From: Candidatus Micrarchaeia archaeon | Lineage (GTDB): Archaea > Micrarchaeota > Micrarchaeia > CAILAH01 | NCBI GenBank assembly: GCA_038740245.1 | Contig: JAVYLZ010000019.1 | Coordinates: 1-11,997 of the forward strand | DNA length: 11,997 bases | Direction of reading: 5' to 3' | Shown here: positions 9,001 to 11,997 of the stretch, piece by piece | How the letters are laid out: each line of letters starts with the position of its first letter | Position numbering within the stretch: the first letter of the stretch is position 1 | Notes under the pieces: generated by a model | What the model saw: only the letters and a program-made list of their open reading frames with translations | Told to the model about the DNA's origin: nothing | Databases searched by the model: none | Made by a program: the position numbers and the translations under genes

Positions 9001-9376
9001 CCGCTGAAATGCCTTCCGTAGGCGCAACAAGCACGCCTTCGGTCAGTATTGCAACACCTGTGCGGATCCCCTGGTCAAGCCGGCCCTCCAAATCCAAATT
9101 TGTCGGGAACGTGCCATCAACAATACGCTTGGCGCACTCAAATGCCACTTCATCACGCGATTTTTTCTCGGCGACAAGCGAGCGGATAAGGTCCTTTATG
9201 CCCGGCGGGCCTACAATGCCTTCAACACGGCCGGCCACATCAGGGGCAAGCGTAATCTCAACCGAATCAGAATAATCATAGCCCTTCCTGCGCGCCTGCA
9301 CTGCAATCGCCTGCGCCTCCCTTAAGCTGGACTGAAGCATCTGCTGGTACGCTGCTATCCTTTCAGAGGGCCCCAT
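6056..9376 (-). CDS. polC: DNA polymerase D large subunit DP2, no intein
   Basis: ILTEGVLVAPTEGI, FSGPIRSAGGTA, GGFRLRYGR, IGSRMGRPEKA, FKDGTCRFDATD, catalytic RRNADGDED, C-terminal Zn finger FRCGNC...CEKCGG and PIP box QSSLAQFL. ATG 9376 lies 4 nt after the DP1 stop. Confidence 0.97.
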   Translation of the reverse strand: MGPSERIAAYQQMLQSSLREAQAIAVQARRKGYDYSDSVEITLAPDVAGRVEGIVGPPGIKDLIRSLVAEKKSRDEVAFECAKRIVDGTFPTNLDLEGRLDQGIRTGVAILTEGVLVAPTEGISAVKIEKNPDNSTYLSVYFSGPIRSAGGTAAALAVLIADYVRKLADIGDYIPTETELLRYVEEIDLYDTRCARLQYRPSDEDIKWVFKNCKVCINGDPTEEVEVSVYRNLERMKTNRVRSGVALVSCEGIAQKARKVLKYAKKYGVDWSWLEKLIKEKKKEDSVEVKPSDTFLDGLLTGRPVFSYPSAKGGFRLRYGRTRFTGIAAKAIHPAAMVLLDFFPALGTQLKIERPGKGTVVTPCDTIMGPIVRLKNGDVLEVTSSAQAKEIYEDVDRILFLGDMLVSYNDFSKANHVLLPPPFVEEYWDLLAREKGVTSPPKSAREAFELARKHSLPLHPAYLYFWSDITKRELEVLVSALKKAEVEFEWFDIKGITLSNGPVKEVLESIGLPHTVRNGQICIAEQHAYALLHTLGMVTRENTVSDARIGPLLAGEEQDVCKILTQASGVEIRRKATYYIGSRMGRPEKAAAREMAGSVHGLFPIGNLGGKLRSVPVALKSQYSETAVVDIAELKCTSCGAITHSPVCSSCGARILFDVTKLKHSERPLNLREVYDAAVKRCGGEAPQEFRLIKGLTNSTKVPEPFEKGLLRAKHDVHVFKDGTCRFDATDVPATHFRPKEIGTPIEKLISLGYTHDIHGNPLERDDQILELFPQDVILSENFGEFAVGVANFVDDLLISLYGIRPYYKAKSKEDMVGHLVITLSPHTSAGVLCRLIGYVKGRVGISHPYVVCARRRNADGDEDAVMLLMDAFLNFSKLYLPETRGGTMDAPLVLTTIVDPSEVDDEVHAMEVVDSYGLDFYRAAEEYKMPSAVKVETVESRLGKPNQLFDLKYTHEVSDINDSPVYSEYVQLKSMKDKLDRQFALYDKIRAVDRADCAARLLSSHFIPDIYGNLRAFTRQSFRCGNCNNSYRRVPLIGKCEKCGGRLLLTINKGGIEKYIKLAKFVISKYNLPPYMMQRLEQVEKEIDSIFEDETKKQSSLAQFL

Positions 9377-9380
9377 AATC

Positions 9381-10844
9381 TCACGCACTGTTAAAATCAA
9401 TTACCCGCAATGAATTATCCTTAAGGTTGTAGACGGGCAGCAGGCAGGGTGTCGGTATGTGCCCCTGCATCTTCTGGTAATCAGTTTGTGATTGCCAGGT
9501 GCCCGAGTTGACCACTGCAACGTTGCGGTAGTCCGCATAGCCGTTCTTGTGCACGTGGCCCATGTGCATTATGTCCGGCACCTCTGAAATCGCCATGTAA
9601 TCCTCTTTCTCAGGGATTACGTGGTTTGAGCCGTATATCGGGCTTAGATGCCTCCTGCGGAGGTATTCAACCATTGCCTTCTCTGGCTGTGCATAAGAAA
9701 GGCCGGGCACGCTTGCAATCATTGAGTCAATTGAATTGCCGTGGTATATGAGCGAGGTGAACCCCTCAACCTTGAACAGCGAGGGGCTTGAGCCGAATAT
9801 GTAATTGCCGCGCGGCTTCTTTACGAATTCCGCAGGGAGACGCGGCTGCGGGTCGCCCCTGCGGACTGCATCGTGGTTGCCGGGCACTATTATAACGGTT
9901 ATGTATTCTGGCACGTGCTCAAGCAACGAAAAAAGCGCATCGTACTGGCTGTATATATCCTGTATCTGGAGCTCGTTTTCTTGGCCGGGATATACACCGA
10001 TACCATCAACAAGGTCGCCTGCTATAAATAAGTATTTTACAGTTGAAGCTATATCGCGCTCACGTTCGCTTGCGCAATCACCGTTAAGCCAGCACAGCAT
10101 CCTCTCAAAATTATTCTGCAGAAAAAGCTTGCTCCCCACATGGATATCTGAAATGAATGCTATTGAGAGGTTCTCTTCAATTTGCTTTTTTGGCTTGTTG
10201 AGAGGGATGTCCGGCCACGTTACTGCATCTGCATAAAAGAAAGGGTCCTTGTACTGGCCGTCAAACGCCACAACCTCATCAAGTATTATGCCGGAGCACG
10301 TGCGCATAAGCTCGGTGTTGCCCTTCCCCACAAAAACCTTGAGCACTCCCTGCTCATCCTCGGCCTCTATTATCAGGTGCCCGTTTTTTGTCACGGTCTT
10401 TGAACGGATCAGGCCGATGAACCTGCACCGCTCGCCGCGCTTTGCACCAGTGTATGAGGACACTGCATTTTGAGATGGCTGGAGCCGCAGTATTGATGAT
10501 ATCCTGCGATACCTGTCCTGAAACAGGCTGACGAAATCGTCAACCTGCCCCTTGCACGTTGAGCGGCCGCTTACATCGTGCTCCTTAATGTGCTCTATGC
10601 GGGAGGGATACTCGGCGGCAAGTGCACGGAACACCGGACGCTCAACCTCAACCGGCTTATCAGTGCAAGCAACCGGAGCCGGCTGGAGCGACCTGAAGCG
10701 CTCAACAAGGTCTGTTGAAATTATGAACTCATCGGTGGCCTTCGCAAACTCAATCAGCTCGTCTACATTTATTCCCTGGCTTGTGATGAGATGCTCAACG
10801 CCCGCCTCCAGAAGAAACCCTTCGCTTTCAATCTTCTGGAGCAT
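9381..10844 (-). CDS. polB: DNA polymerase D small subunit DP1 (3'-5' proofreading exonuclease, calcineurin-like phosphoesterase)
   Basis: OB region (LIIEAEDEQG, DEVVAFDG) plus metallophosphoesterase motifs ISDIHVGS, IAGDLVDGIG, PGNHD, YHG and HMGHVH. SD GAGGTG at 10852-10857 on -. Adjacent to DP2. Confidence 0.96.
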   Translation of the reverse strand: MLQKIESEGFLLEAGVEHLITSQGINVDELIEFAKATDEFIISTDLVERFRSLQPAPVACTDKPVEVERPVFRALAAEYPSRIEHIKEHDVSGRSTCKGQVDDFVSLFQDRYRRISSILRLQPSQNAVSSYTGAKRGERCRFIGLIRSKTVTKNGHLIIEAEDEQGVLKVFVGKGNTELMRTCSGIILDEVVAFDGQYKDPFFYADAVTWPDIPLNKPKKQIEENLSIAFISDIHVGSKLFLQNNFERMLCWLNGDCASERERDIASTVKYLFIAGDLVDGIGVYPGQENELQIQDIYSQYDALFSLLEHVPEYITVIIVPGNHDAVRRGDPQPRLPAEFVKKPRGNYIFGSSPSLFKVEGFTSLIYHGNSIDSMIASVPGLSYAQPEKAMVEYLRRRHLSPIYGSNHVIPEKEDYMAISEVPDIMHMGHVHKNGYADYRNVAVVNSGTWQSQTDYQKMQGHIPTPCLLPVYNLKDNSLRVIDFNSA

Positions 10845-10882
10845 ACGTTAACACCTCATTCCATAAATTACCACTGCCCTGC

Positions 10883-11158
10883 TCAGCTGCCCTTGATTGT
10901 CTCAAGCGTGCTGACAATGTTCCAAATCTGTGTGCGGGCGTGCATGGGCAAATTAATGTCCTCACTCACGCTCTCAAGCATGTATATAGCAGAGCTTGCG
11001 CGAAACACCGGGTCGCCAGGTGTGGTGAGCTTGGCCTTTGCATCGCTCAGCGCCTTCTTAACGTTCTTGGGTATTGAGCTGTCGCCCATTAAGCCATCTA
11101 TAAACTGAGTAACCTGCAAAATCTTCTTCTCGTTTTCGGCCGCACTCTTCTTTTGCAC
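10883..11158 (-). CDS. UPF0147 family protein (archaeal conserved, unknown function)
   Basis: DSSIPKNVKK...SSAIYMLESVSEDINLPMHARTQIWNIVSTLE matches the recalled UPF0147 pattern. GTG 11158 is preceded by GGGGTG SD at 11165-11170. Confidence 0.88.
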   Translation of the reverse strand: MQKKSAAENEKKILQVTQFIDGLMGDSSIPKNVKKALSDAKAKLTTPGDPVFRASSAIYMLESVSEDINLPMHARTQIWNIVSTLETIKGS

Positions 11159-11203
11159 AAAATACACCCCCAACTTTACCCGCTGTATTTAGAAGGGCAA
11201 CCA

Positions 11204-11213
11204 TTTTATAAAT
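11204..11213 (-). promoter_or_regulatory. Putative TATA box of the UPF0147-DP1-DP2-nfi operon
   Basis: The minus strand reads ATTTATAAAA in the divergent intergenic region, about 47-54 nt upstream of the GTG start. Confidence 0.45.
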
Positions 11214-11223
11214 GATGCATAAT

Positions 11224-11239
11224 AAAAAGCTATTTAAAG
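11224..11239 (+). promoter_or_regulatory. Putative BRE + TATA for the receiver-like gene (leaderless)
   Basis: AAAAAGC-TATTTAAAG; TTTAAA at 11233-11238 lies about 25 nt upstream of ATG 11264. Confidence 0.5.
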
Positions 11240-11263
11240 GGGAGCGGCCAAATCTATAACGCT

Positions 11264-11869
11264 ATGACAATGATAGACCGCAGGCCACGGCTTGAAATAC
11301 TGGTTATTGTGGATAACGCTGCAGCAGCCAAAAATGCGGTTGCAGCGTACGAGCGCCATAACGTGCACGTAGCCAGGACCATAAACGAGGCGCTTAACTA
11401 CCTGCTAAAATCCCGGCAAAAGCCCGATTACATAATAAGCGATGTATTTGTACGGAGGAACCGGGTTATGCCGCTTGTTGACAATACTGAATCCGTGCTT
11501 GACTTTGCAAAGAAATATGGGATACCTCTTTGCTTCATAACAAATGCAGACCCGTTCGGCTCGGCAATACAGGAAAGCCGTTTTGGGCGGGTTTCAATTG
11601 CACCGCTGACTTATGAAAACATTGAGAAAAGCCTCAGAAACATACGGGAAAGCAGGGAAAAGGGGGCCGAGACAGGATTTGAAAACGTATCCTGCACACT
11701 TACAATCACAAGGGCGGACGGCTTGACAGTAGGGGCGTGGACGCTTGCGCTTGACTGCATAAGGAACACTGTTGCAAAACGTGAGAATGCGAACAGGAAC
11801 CTTAAGTTTGCGCATATTATGCCCCAGAACGGGGCTGCTACTCCTAAAAGGACCTTAACGCAGGCATAA
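11264..11869 (+). CDS. Atypical CheY-like receiver domain protein
   Basis: ILVIVDN (beta1), ARTINEALNYL, PDYIISDVF (beta3 with Asp60) and GIPLCFIT (beta4 with Thr). The C-terminal half is divergent and no output domain was recognised. Confidence 0.65.
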   Translation: MTMIDRRPRLEILVIVDNAAAAKNAVAAYERHNVHVARTINEALNYLLKSRQKPDYIISDVFVRRNRVMPLVDNTESVLDFAKKYGIPLCFITNADPFGSAIQESRFGRVSIAPLTYENIEKSLRNIRESREKGAETGFENVSCTLTITRADGLTVGAWTLALDCIRNTVAKRENANRNLKFAHIMPQNGAATPKRTLTQA

Positions 11870-11921
11870 TGCGGGGCATTCCATTCCCCGCACCCCCTGG
11901 TAATTCCGCTGACGCGGAATT
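11870..11921. terminator. Two tandem hairpins between convergent transcription units
   Basis: TGCGGGG-N9-CCCCGCA (11870-11892) and AATTCCGC-TGAC-GCGGAATT (11902-11921). Confidence 0.4.
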
Positions 11922-11952
11922 GAAATACAAATTTACGGGCAAAAATTAGGAG

Positions 11953-11997
11953 CGGGCCCGATGGGAACGAGCATTGCGCAATCTATGCGAGTGTCAT
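11953..11997 (-). tRNA. 3' end of a tRNA gene (Arg- or Lys-like acceptor stem), partial, apparently intron-interrupted in the T-loop
   Basis: The minus strand reads T-CCCAT-CGGGCCC-G, i.e. position 60, T-stem 3' strand, acceptor 3' strand and G73. There is no encoded CCA, and TAATTTTT follows. The anticodon lies outside the window. Confidence 0.6.

Noticed and set aside
6056..9376. Possible intein in DP2
   Set aside because: The catalytic motif is continuous, the length is compact, and no splicing or LAGLIDADG motifs were seen.
10856..10864. Mini-ORF ATG-GAA-TGA on - overlapping the DP1 SD sequence
   Set aside because: A two-codon ORF is expected by chance, and there is no support for a regulatory role.
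6001..11108. Numerous + strand ORFs opposite nfi, DP2, DP1 and UPF0147
   Set aside because: Antisense shadows of conserved genes.

Overview
Archaeal chromosomal window; DPANN/Micrarchaeota-like affinity is inferred from gene style, not proven. The core is a minus-strand operon: UPF0147 protein, DNA polymerase D small subunit (DP1), large subunit (DP2) and an endonuclease V homolog. Also present are a divergent pair (YhaM/Cbf1-type OB-HD nuclease and MgtA-type P3B Mg2+ ATPase), two hypothetical genes at the left edge, an orphan receiver-domain-like gene, and the 3' end of a tRNA at the right edge that appears interrupted in its T-loop. Most notable: (1) the EndoV directly downstream of PolD has Asn for a catalytic Asp (VNGNG vs VDGNG) and Gln for the conserved Lys (IGVAQ vs IGVAK), suggesting a nuclease-dead binder; (2) a scar at about 5107-5384, missed by the ORF track, joins two headless 3' gene fragments back to back (a LemA C-terminus on +, a TM-anchor C-terminus on -); (3) the DP2 catalytic motif reads NADGDED rather than NCDGDED. 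No CRISPR array, transposase or integrase was seen.
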